Shown in pieces: positions 1-7,712 of a DNA stretch of 64,000 nt; positions within the stretch are counted from its first letter, which is position 1, and every line of letters starts with the position of its first letter. The notes beneath the pieces were generated by a model. That model was not told the DNA's origin. It ran no database searches and saw only the letters and a list, made by a program, of their open reading frames with translations. The translations under genes and the position numbers were made by a program. Source of the DNA: an uncultured delta proteobacterium (GTDB taxonomy: Bacteria > Myxococcota_A > Polyangia > Polyangiales > Houyiibacteriaceae). The DNA lies in assembly GCA_963786865.1 (NCBI GenBank), contig CAWBAV010000011.1:258173-322172 (forward strand). Reading direction: 5' to 3'.

Positions 1-851
1 ATGACGTGGCCCTGTGCGGAGAAGCTCGGGTCGCAGCCGACCGGAGCCGTGAGGCTCACGCCGACCTCGAGGTCGCGAACCAGAGATCGATGTCGCTCTA
101 GCTTCTCTCGATCGGAAGCGTTGAGCTTGGGCAGCACCGCGGCGAATTCTTCGCTCGCCATGTCGAGGACGCTCGCGCGAGCAGCTTCGAGCAGGTCTGC
201 GCGGGTTGGCTCTCCGGGGTCGCTCGGCGCGGGCGCAAGGCCGAGAATGTCGTTGAAGGCGGCCCGCGGATCCTCCTCGCGTGGAGCCGGTTGGTTGGCG
301 CCGACGTAGTTGTACGCGTGCTGATGATTGAACCCGTAGACGCGGCTATTCCAGCGACCAGGCTGACCGATCGCGTTGCCGATCTCCTGATCGATCGAGT
401 GGGCGCCGCCGCGCGCGGTCGAGGCGCCCTGGAAAGCCCATGTGCTAGTGAGCAGGTGCGCTTGGCCGATGTGATGCCGGTTGATGTCGCCCGAGTACCC
501 AAGCTCTGCGACTCGGTATTCTTCTGCGTACGTCACGAGTCGTGCGAGTCCATCGACGACCAGCAGATTGCTACGGTGGCGGTGCAGTGGACGGAGGATG
601 TCGCTGAACTCCGATTCGCCGAGCGAGCTGAGAGAATAATCGTATTCCTGGTTGTCTTTTCCCGGCTGGCGCATGTGCCAACGGCCTGGGACGGTTCCGT
701 GCGGCGTGATGTAGAAGACTACGCGCTTGGGAGCTCCGCCCTGTGCGCGCGCCCGGCGACCCGGCAGCGAGGGAAGGCAAAGCGAACCGGCCGACAAGCC
801 GAGTGCGGTCAGGAAACGACGACGATCGAGAATCATGGGGCGTCGGCTCAT
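1..851 (-). CDS. DUF1552 domain-containing protein, N-terminal 283 codons; the C-terminus lies beyond the left edge
   Basis: Hand translation from ATG at 851-849 gives MSRRPMILDRRRFLTALGLSAGSLCLPSLPGRRARAQ... (Tat-like RRxFL signal), later ...GGAHSIDQEIGNAIG... I checked every minus-strand codon from 851 to 3 and found no stop. It is absent from the ORF track only because no stop lies in the window. It starts 4 nt after the DUF1592 stop, the usual DUF1592/DUF1552 pairing. Confidence 0.75.
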   Translation of the reverse strand, partial: MSRRPMILDRRRFLTALGLSAGSLCLPSLPGRRARAQGGAPKRVVFYITPHGTVPGRWHMRQPGKDNQEYDYSLSSLGESEFSDILRPLHRHRSNLLVVDGLARLVTYAEEYRVAELGYSGDINRHHIGQAHLLTSTWAFQGASTARGGAHSIDQEIGNAIGQPGRWNSRVYGFNHQHAYNYVGANQPAPREEDPRAAFNDILGLAPAPSDPGEPTRADLLEAARASVLDMASEEFAAVLPKLNASDREKLERHRSLVRDLEVGVSLTAPVGCDPSFSAQGHV

Positions 852-855
852 GGGA

Positions 856-2547
856 TCAGTCCTTCACCTGGCTTCGGAGCCTGAATTCGGGACGCGTGAC
901 GATGGCGATCAAGAGCTCGACGAGGTCGCCGCCGCTCGCTGCAAACGCCGCCTGAATCGCTTCCAGCTGGCACGTGTCGGTGGGTTCGATCGGCCGGCCA
1001 TTCGCATAGGTGAACCACTGCTTCGCCACGCAATCGCGTACCACATCGCTTCGTGCCAAGAGCCCTTGCAGCTCGACGGCTCCCTCATACTGCGCGTCGT
1101 TGCCAATACCATTCGCATAGCCGCTTGCGTCCACGGGCAGCCCATTGTCCTCGGCGCGGAACTGGCCCGCCGCGTCATAGCTCTCGAAGCCGTACCCAAA
1201 CCCGTCGATTCGCACGTGACAGCCCTGACAGGTCGACGGCGCGACGCGCTGCTCGAAGAGATCGCGGTTGGTCATGGGGCCCTGAGTCGGATCGGCCACA
1301 ATCGGCGACAGGTCCGCGTTCGCAGGCGGTGATGGGCGTGGCTCGCACAACAACCTCTCCATCACGTACACACCGCGGAGCGGAGGCGAGCCGTTCGCCT
1401 CGTGGGCGTTGCCCGCCAAGAACGCGATTCGGCTGAGAAGCCCGGCGCGCTCCGCCGGATCGAGCTCGACCTCCGACCAAGGCTCCGGCGGCGAAGGAAC
1501 GTCGTAAAGCTCGGCCATCGCGTCGTCGACGTATGCGACATTGCTGGTGAACAGGTCAGCGACGGTTCCGCCGTCGAAGAAGGTATTTTCGATGAACTGG
1601 AGGGTCTCTTCTTTGGCAGACTCACGAACCGGGCCGGTCCACGCGGGGAAGAGCTCGGGGACCTTGTCCTCGTTGAGGACCCGATCGAGATAGAGCCACT
1701 GCCGGTGGAAGTTTCGCACCGCGTTTCGCGCGCGAGCATCGGCCAGGAGCCGTCTCGCCTGTGCTTCGAGCTGCGTGTCGGTTCCTAGCTCGCCTGCATC
1801 GGCAGCCGCTAGAAGATCGTCATCGGGCATCGTCTCCCACAGGAAATACGAGAGGCGGCTCGCTAGCTCGTGCTGCGTGAGCTCGAGTTGATCCGGGCTG
1901 ACGGCAGACCCTTGGTTCTCGAGTCGGTAGAGGAACTGGGGCGTCTGCAACATGGCGCTGATCGTCAGCTGCACCCCGGCGTCGAAGTCGATTGCGACTC
2001 GCTGCGATTCGAAGAAAGCAATCCAGCGGTCGAGCTCGTCACCGGTGAGCGGACGGCGGAACGCGCGCTTGCCGAAGCTCTCGACGAACTGCTCGCCACA
2101 GTCCGCGTTCGCGGTCGCGCACGGCAGTACCCGATCGCGCGCCAGCGGACTGCTGATCGCATGCTCAGCGAGACGTATCGCCGCGTCTTCATATCGGGCA
2201 ATGCGAACGTCCGACGGCCCTAGCGACAAGGCATCATTCTCGAAGGACCCTTCCAAGACGGCATCGCTCGGCTGCTCGGGGAGCGCTGGGACATCGCCAC
2301 CGATGAGGTCCCGGACGGTGTTCTCGTACTCGACATTGGTCAGGCGCCGCACGGGGGCGGAGCCCACGGTGATCACGCTAGGGTCTTGGCAAACGAACGC
2401 TTGCGCGCCGCCCGCGCGGTCTCCGCCGGGTCCGTCACCGCCAGGCCCATCGGCGCTGCCAATCAGGCCCTCGCAGGCCGCCACGAGCGTCAGGGCACTC
2501 GCGACCGCGAATGTCCACAAGACGCTTTGCCTACCCCCACGGCCCAT
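856..2547 (-). CDS. DUF1592/DUF1588/DUF1595-family protein, probable lipoprotein
   Basis: 563-aa ORF. The N-terminus has a lipobox-like LTLVAAC. Family-typical blocks are present: VRRLTNVEYENTVRDL, FRRPLT..E, LQTPQFLYR, and a C-terminal CQGCHVRIDGFGYGFESYDAAGQFR. Confidence 0.85.
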   Translation of the reverse strand: MGRGGRQSVLWTFAVASALTLVAACEGLIGSADGPGGDGPGGDRAGGAQAFVCQDPSVITVGSAPVRRLTNVEYENTVRDLIGGDVPALPEQPSDAVLEGSFENDALSLGPSDVRIARYEDAAIRLAEHAISSPLARDRVLPCATANADCGEQFVESFGKRAFRRPLTGDELDRWIAFFESQRVAIDFDAGVQLTISAMLQTPQFLYRLENQGSAVSPDQLELTQHELASRLSYFLWETMPDDDLLAAADAGELGTDTQLEAQARRLLADARARNAVRNFHRQWLYLDRVLNEDKVPELFPAWTGPVRESAKEETLQFIENTFFDGGTVADLFTSNVAYVDDAMAELYDVPSPPEPWSEVELDPAERAGLLSRIAFLAGNAHEANGSPPLRGVYVMERLLCEPRPSPPANADLSPIVADPTQGPMTNRDLFEQRVAPSTCQGCHVRIDGFGYGFESYDAAGQFRAEDNGLPVDASGYANGIGNDAQYEGAVELQGLLARSDVVRDCVAKQWFTYANGRPIEPTDTCQLEAIQAAFAASGGDLVELLIAIVTRPEFRLRSQVKD

Positions 2548-2556
2548 CGACGTTCA

Positions 2557-2592
2557 CTATTGCGACAGACGCGCATGGGTGGCCAATACACA
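2557..2592 (-). promoter_or_regulatory. conserved promoter-like element upstream of the DUF1592 gene
   Basis: The minus strand reads TGTGTATTGGCC-N18-CAATAG, with the ATG 9 nt downstream and no Shine-Dalgarno sequence. The same geometry occurs at 3983-4018 and 7438-7473. Confidence 0.35.
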
Positions 2593-2643
2593 GGGGTTAA
2601 TCGGCGCAGCGCGACGACGAGATTAGCTTGCCCTTTCCACCCT

Positions 2644-3548
2644 TTAGGGCGGAAGTAAAACATTGTCGCGAGGGGCGCGGAGCGCGGACGAAGGTTCGCT
2701 CAACGAAGTGATGCGCGACTCGGCCTCAGTGGAATCTCGGACCGTCGGTGATCTGATAGTTGCGGATGTACTTCACGACTGGGTCGGCTGCCCAGGGCGA
2801 CCCCTGCGGCTCGGTGTAGACCTTGATGTAGGTCTCGAAGTCGGTGATCGCGCCGCCGTTCGGTGTGGTCTTCACGTTCTTCTGGGTCGTCGCGAGCTGC
2901 CCGTCGATCCAAGTGCGGACGGTCTTGTTGGACCCGCCCGCCCACTCGATTTCCAAGGTGAACCACTTGCCTATCGGCATCTGCACGTTGGAGTACGTCT
3001 CAGCGTCCGTGTCCTTCCTTCCGGCAAGAATGCTGTTCGAGCCGTCCTCTGCCCATCCGAGCATCCATCCCGGGCGCCAGATCCCGCCCGCTGTTGGATG
3101 GATATCGTACATCGACAGCCATGGAACATCGTCGGGTGGGCTCGGCTGCGTGTGCGCTGGCAAATACATCTCCATGGATATGAAGATCGGCGCGCCGGTT
3201 CGAAGGTGTGTGCGTAGAGCGGAATTGGCTCCGCCGAGCGTCCACACGCCGAGCTCCGATCTTCCGCCGCCAGGCCCATTCGCGTGAACCGCCTGCCGAA
3301 TCGCATAACCGCTGCCTCCCGGGGCCGGGTCTGCGACCTTGCTGAGGTTGGCTTTTGCATCGCTCCGCGATCCAGCGGAAAGGAAGCTGCCCACCGGGTA
3401 CTCGGTCAACGCCTCGTCAAAGCCCCAAGGTTCACCGGCCGTTTGAATCTTGTCTTTGAAGAAGACCGTGACCGGTGGCGCCGTGATGCACGTGTAGTTG
3501 GTCCCACAAACATCGGGCAGCGTGCACGTGCCGCAGCTTCCGCCGCAG
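2644..3548. repeat. copy 1 of a 905-bp near-identical direct repeat (partner 4070-4974, offset 1426 bp)
   Basis: Base-by-base and three-frame ORF comparison found only 4 mismatches (2789, 2799, 3132, 3474). The repeat covers 82 nt of 3' flank plus the C-terminal ~274 codons of the lyase-like gene. Confidence 0.95.
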
Positions 3549-3973
3549 TCATCGTCGCCACACTCCTTACTCGTGCAGTCCGGGACGCAGATTGCCGGCT
3601 CGTAGCAGGCTCCAAGATCGTCGCAGAGATCTCCGTCAGCGCAGGTGCCGCAGCTTCCACCGCAGCCGTCATCGCCACACACTCGATCGGCGCAGTCCGG
3701 GACGCAATCCTCCGGGTCGTAACAGGCCCCGAGACCATTGCAGAGCATTCCTCCGACGCAGTCGCCGCAGCTCCCACCGCAGCCATCGTCGCCACACTCT
3801 TGGCCTGAGCACTCGGGAGAGCAGAATTCCAAAGCTCGGTCGTCACCGATCGTTGCGCTGCCGCAAGCAGTCATGAGAGTGACGGCCAGAACGATAGAGA
3901 GCCCCGGCAACGCGGCGAACCCGCTTTGCAAGGCCAATCGCGAAAATGTACTAAGCTTCCCCCAAGGGCTCAT
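2726..3973 (-). CDS. secreted or lipoprotein with three Cys-rich modules plus a C-terminal polysaccharide-lyase-like (PF14099-type, concanavalin-like) domain
   Basis: 415-aa ORF with signal and lipobox-like LMTAC. It has 3 copies of C.P.C....CGDDGCGGSCG.C. The C-terminal domain shows the pattern GYAIRQ...GGGRSELGVW...WLSMYDIHP...GKWFTLEIEW...VRTWIDG...YIKVYT. The family assignment is from memory of the PF14099 pattern. Confidence 0.6.
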   Translation of the reverse strand: MSPWGKLSTFSRLALQSGFAALPGLSIVLAVTLMTACGSATIGDDRALEFCSPECSGQECGDDGCGGSCGDCVGGMLCNGLGACYDPEDCVPDCADRVCGDDGCGGSCGTCADGDLCDDLGACYEPAICVPDCTSKECGDDDCGGSCGTCTLPDVCGTNYTCITAPPVTVFFKDKIQTAGEPWGFDEALTEYPVGSFLSAGSRSDAKANLSKVADPAPGGSGYAIRQAVHANGPGGGRSELGVWTLGGANSALRTHLRTGAPIFISMEMYLPAHTQPSPPDDVPWLSMYDIHPTAGGIWRPGWMLGWAEDGSNSILAGRKDTDAETYSNVQMPIGKWFTLEIEWAGGSNKTVRTWIDGQLATTQKNVKTTPNGGAITDFETYIKVYTEPQGSPWAADPVVKYIRNYQITDGPRFH

Positions 3974-3982
3974 ACGCGAACA

Positions 3983-4018
3983 TTATTGCGAGAGATTTCC
4001 CATCGCTGCCAACCCACA
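3983..4018 (-). promoter_or_regulatory. conserved promoter-like element upstream of lyase-like paralog 1
   Basis: The minus strand reads TGTGGGTTGGCA-N18-CAATAA, with the ATG 9 nt downstream and no SD. Confidence 0.35.
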
Positions 4019-4069
4019 AAGGTTAATTCCTACCGGGCACCAAGGCGAAACCCGCATTCTTTCCCGCCG

Positions 4070-4974
4070 TTAGGGCGGAAGTAAAACATTGTCGCGAGGG
4101 GCGCGGAGCGCGGACGAAGGTTCGCTCAACGAAGTGATGCGCGACTCGGCCTCAGTGGAATCTCGGACCGTCGGTGATCTGATAGTTGCGGATGTACTTC
4201 ACGACTGGGTCGGCTACCCAGGGCGAGCCCTGCGGCTCGGTGTAGACCTTGATGTAGGTCTCGAAGTCGGTGATCGCGCCGCCGTTCGGTGTGGTCTTCA
4301 CGTTCTTCTGGGTCGTCGCGAGCTGCCCGTCGATCCAAGTGCGGACGGTCTTGTTGGACCCGCCCGCCCACTCGATTTCCAAGGTGAACCACTTGCCTAT
4401 CGGCATCTGCACGTTGGAGTACGTCTCAGCGTCCGTGTCCTTCCTTCCGGCAAGAATGCTGTTCGAGCCGTCCTCTGCCCATCCGAGCATCCATCCCGGG
4501 CGCCAGATCCCGCCCGCTGTTGGATGGATATCGTACATCGACAGCCATGGAACATCGTCGGGTGGGCTCGGTTGCGTGTGCGCTGGCAAATACATCTCCA
4601 TGGATATGAAGATCGGCGCGCCGGTTCGAAGGTGTGTGCGTAGAGCGGAATTGGCTCCGCCGAGCGTCCACACGCCGAGCTCCGATCTTCCGCCGCCAGG
4701 CCCATTCGCGTGAACCGCCTGCCGAATCGCATAACCGCTGCCTCCCGGGGCCGGGTCTGCGACCTTGCTGAGGTTGGCTTTTGCATCGCTCCGCGATCCA
4801 GCGGAAAGGAAGCTGCCCACCGGGTACTCGGTCAACGCCTCGTCAAAGCCCCAAGGTTCACCGGCCGTTTGAATCTTGTCTTTGAAGAAGATCGTGACCG
4901 GTGGCGCCGTGATGCACGTGTAGTTGGTCCCACAAACATCGGGCAGCGTGCACGTGCCGCAGCTTCCGCCGCAG
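4070..4974. repeat. copy 2 of the 905-bp near-identical direct repeat
   Basis: See 2644-3548. Identity drops sharply beyond 3549/4975. Confidence 0.95.
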
Positions 4975-6236
4975 CCATCGCTACCACACTCCCTCGAGCC
5001 ACCACCGCAGTCGGGAATGCAAGCAACACAAACGCCGCCGTCGCACGTATTGGTGCCGCCACAGCCACCGCAATTCAAGGAGCCGCCGCAGCCATCACTC
5101 CACGCGCCGCACTCGGCGCCCAAGCCCTGACAGGTAGCGGGTACGCACCCTGGCGGAGGAGGCGGGGTTACCGGTTGATCGATGCAGAGGCTGTCAGTGC
5201 AGATCTGACCGGTGCCACAGCCACCGCAATTCAAAGATCCGCCGCAGCCGTCGCTCCTCACGCCGCAGTCGGCGCCGAGGGTTTGACAGGTGGTGGGTAC
5301 GCACGCCGGCGGAGGAGGAGGCGGGGTCGTCGGTTGATCGACGCAGACGTTGTTGGTGCACAAGCGGTCGGCGCCGCAGCCACCACAAATCAACGTGCCA
5401 CCGCAGCCATCGCTTGGCCTACCGCACTCGGCGCCCAGGGACTGGCAGCTCGCCGATGTGCAACTCAGCGGAGGCGGAACGCTCAGCGGCTCATCGACAC
5501 ATGCGCCGTTCGAGCAGAACTGGCCGCCGCCGCAGACGCCGCAATTCAAGGTGCCGTTACAGCCATCGCTCGGCTGGCCGCACTCCGAGCCCAAAGCCTC
5601 GCAGGTGGCAGGCGCGCAGGTTCCGGATGCTATCCACGTCGGTGTGGAGACCTCCAGCGATGCGAGTCGCGAGGACCAAACCCCCCAGGTGTTGAGCTGA
5701 TCGTACACGTTTGCCGCAGATCGAAATCTGGCGCCCCGAATGACATTGCGACGCTTCTCCCCACAGCGGCCCACTTCGACGTCATACGTTCGTGCGATTA
5801 CGTCAGCGGAAATCGCAATGTTGTACCAAACTCCCGGATCATATTCGAACGAACCATCGCTACTGTATTCAAGGTCGTCCATCACATCGACGAGGCCGGT
5901 CTCCGAGAACCGAACCGTAATGGCAGCATCGGAAAGATCTTGGATGTCCTGGGCCCCGACAGCCACCAAGGCGTCGACGTTCGCCTCGGCAGGACGCGCC
6001 ATGACCTCAAAGTAGAGCGAGTCGGGTGCCGATTGTGACGCCTCTTTGCTCTCCCACCCGTCGCTTGCGCTGACGTCGGCGTTCACGCCGGGGCAGCTCA
6101 GCGCAGCGTCATTGGAGCCCACATCAAATCTCGGGTCTCCGGCAAAATCGCCGATCTCCCCTCCTGCGCAGGCGTTGATAAGGGCCAGGATACCGAGGAA
6201 AAGGCCGATCCGGCTGAACGAGTTATGCTTAAACAC
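4152..6236 (-). CDS. secreted protein: N-terminal beta-sandwich-like domain, four Cys-rich/Pro-linker modules, one CGSDGCGGSCG module, and a lyase-like C-terminal domain
   Basis: 694-aa ORF with a GTG start and a GGGGGG SD-like run about 9 nt upstream. The signal ends in LINAC. The C-terminal ~274 aa are identical to paralog 1 except for 2 residues. Confidence 0.6.
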   Translation of the reverse strand: MFKHNSFSRIGLFLGILALINACAGGEIGDFAGDPRFDVGSNDAALSCPGVNADVSASDGWESKEASQSAPDSLYFEVMARPAEANVDALVAVGAQDIQDLSDAAITVRFSETGLVDVMDDLEYSSDGSFEYDPGVWYNIAISADVIARTYDVEVGRCGEKRRNVIRGARFRSAANVYDQLNTWGVWSSRLASLEVSTPTWIASGTCAPATCEALGSECGQPSDGCNGTLNCGVCGGGQFCSNGACVDEPLSVPPPLSCTSASCQSLGAECGRPSDGCGGTLICGGCGADRLCTNNVCVDQPTTPPPPPPACVPTTCQTLGADCGVRSDGCGGSLNCGGCGTGQICTDSLCIDQPVTPPPPPGCVPATCQGLGAECGAWSDGCGGSLNCGGCGGTNTCDGGVCVACIPDCGGGSRECGSDGCGGSCGTCTLPDVCGTNYTCITAPPVTIFFKDKIQTAGEPWGFDEALTEYPVGSFLSAGSRSDAKANLSKVADPAPGGSGYAIRQAVHANGPGGGRSELGVWTLGGANSALRTHLRTGAPIFISMEMYLPAHTQPSPPDDVPWLSMYDIHPTAGGIWRPGWMLGWAEDGSNSILAGRKDTDAETYSNVQMPIGKWFTLEIEWAGGSNKTVRTWIDGQLATTQKNVKTTPNGGAITDFETYIKVYTEPQGSPWVADPVVKYIRNYQITDGPRFH
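5019..5621 (-). repeat. four tandem ~45-aa coding repeats (C.P.TC..LG.ECG..SDGCGG.L.CG.CG....C....C.D.P) joined by poly-Pro linkers
   Basis: Read from the translation of 4152-6236, aa ~206-406: TCAPATCEALGSECGQPSDGCNGTLNCGVCGGGQFC..., SCTSASCQSLGAECGRPSDGCGGTLICGGCGADRLC..., ACVPTTCQTLGADCGVRSDGCGGSLNCGGCGTGQIC..., GCVPATCQGLGAECGAWSDGCGGSLNCGGCGGTNTC... Confidence 0.9.
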
Positions 6237-6487
6237 TGGTCTACCCCCCTATGGGTATTTATTAGCCTTCAAGGGTGTAGTTTGCTATGCACCTCTACAC
6301 TTGCAGACAATAAAATACACCTTTAAGGCCTAGTTCCAGGTGTCGTGGGGTGCTGCTCTGGCGCACCCATGTGGCTTGGTTTGTGAGAACCCGCCGGGGC
6401 GCAGCTGGCATCCGCAGCGTCTCCAAGTGTCGATGTCCCACGCTCTGCGCCGATGGAGTCGTGGCGGCGAAGAGTGTCGCTAGTGGC

Positions 6488-7438
6488 TCAACGCCAGATT
6501 CGCTCGCCTGCGATGCGGACGTTACGGACGTACTTGATGGTAGGGGTTGGATTCCAAGGTGTGTGGCCCTGGTCGTCTCCGTAGTGCTTGATGTAGAGTT
6601 CGACCTCGGTGTGCTCTGGGAGCGCGGTCACCACGCCGACCTGCTCCAAGGCCAACTCACCGTTGATCCACGCAGAAACGGTTGCGGTCGGGCCTGTCGC
6701 GAACTGCCACCGCACCTCGATGTCGAACCACTCCCCTACGGGCATGCCGATATGCGACCAGCCGGAGCCGTCGCCATTGGTCTCTCTGGGACCATCACCC
6801 CAATTGAACTCGAACGTCATCGAGCCATCTTCGTTGAGCACCATTCCCGGCGAGGTATTCCATCGGGCCTCGCCGTTGGCTGCTGTGGTGTGCCAATCGA
6901 GGAAAGAGAGCCAAGGCCATTCATCCGCGTTCGCATCAATCGTTTCCGGGAAATACCACTCCTGCGCCACGTAAATGGGCGCGCCGCTCAGCGCGAGCGC
7001 TCGAAATGCGTCGTTTGCGAAGCTCCACACGCCCAGTTCCGCGCGCGCACCGCCCTGACCAAACTCGCCGTACTGGCGGATCGCATACCCCGGACCCCCG
7101 AGAGGGTCCCGCACGCGCGAAAGGTTGGCGCCATTCGCATCACTTGGTGTCACCACGTTGTCGATTGGATGTTCGGTCAGAAACTCGTCGAAGCCATATG
7201 GCGAGTTGCCCGTCTGAATCGAGTCCGTCCAAATCACGTTGCTGCAACCATCGTCGCTGCACTCGTTGTTCGTGCAGCCCGGGGTGCAGCTCTCCAAGCC
7301 ACCGTTCGCCACCCCGTTACACCCAGGCGTGAGGCCGGTAGCAAAGACCAGCGATAACCCCGACAACATCGCCCACCGGCCGGAAAAGCCCAGGCGCGTC
7401 GAATCATTGAGCGCTTCTACGCGGTTCATACGCTTCAT
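6488..7438 (-). CDS. third lyase-like paralog, secreted, with a single degenerate Cys module
   Basis: 316-aa ORF. Its C-terminal domain aligns with the other two (GYAIRQ, RAELGVW, WLSFLDWH, GEWFDIEVRW, VSAWINGE, LYIKHY). The start may be the second ATG at 7429; see the promoter-like element. Confidence 0.6.
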   Translation of the reverse strand: MKRMNRVEALNDSTRLGFSGRWAMLSGLSLVFATGLTPGCNGVANGGLESCTPGCTNNECSDDGCSNVIWTDSIQTGNSPYGFDEFLTEHPIDNVVTPSDANGANLSRVRDPLGGPGYAIRQYGEFGQGGARAELGVWSFANDAFRALALSGAPIYVAQEWYFPETIDANADEWPWLSFLDWHTTAANGEARWNTSPGMVLNEDGSMTFEFNWGDGPRETNGDGSGWSHIGMPVGEWFDIEVRWQFATGPTATVSAWINGELALEQVGVVTALPEHTEVELYIKHYGDDQGHTPWNPTPTIKYVRNVRIAGERIWR

Positions 7439-7473
7439 TCTTGGGGCAGATCGACGGATCCGGCCACTTCACA
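7438..7473 (-). promoter_or_regulatory. conserved promoter-like element upstream of lyase-like paralog 3
   Basis: The minus strand reads TGTGAAGTGGCC-N18-CAAGAA. The second ATG (7429) lies 8 nt downstream. Confidence 0.3.
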
Positions 7474-7712
7474 ATGCAGGACTGCCGAGCGAAAAGGGCT
7501 CCCCAAGCTTCGCTCTTTCGCCCGTTTTGGGTCTACGAGGACGTCATCGTCGCGCGATGCCTCACCGATTTGGCGTTCGGCCCTTTCGGTCTGCTAAGAA
7601 CTCTGAGGCACCCATACCCTGGACAGGCTCAGATGAAGCTCACGCCTCCGACAAATCACAGCTCAAAGGTCATCGACGCGTGACGGCTAGCCGTACCCAG
7701 GGGAGCTGACCG

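Noticed and set aside
1-309. The plus-strand 102-aa ORF at the left edge, and 291-884.
   Set aside because: Both lie antisense to the stop-free DUF1552 reading frame and have low-complexity Ser/Arg/Ala composition.
2644-2725. A possible rho-independent terminator in the conserved 82-nt 3' flank of the lyase-like genes (CGCG-CTC-CGCG and GTCGCG...CGCGAC pairings, with TTTT nearby).
   Set aside because: The stems are only 4-6 bp with large loops, and the T-run is not adjacent. This is not convincing. A similar weak hairpin after the MFS gene (63674-63697) was also rejected.
2663-3217. An identical pair of 184-aa plus-strand ORFs (2663-3217 and 4089-4643), along with other long ORFs antisense to the lyase-like genes (2844-3287, 4270-4713, 4710-6038).
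   Set aside because: They lie antisense to genes with clear domain structure. They are Arg/Ala/Pro-rich low-complexity translations typical of GC-rich antisense frames. They are duplicated only because they lie inside the 905-bp repeat.
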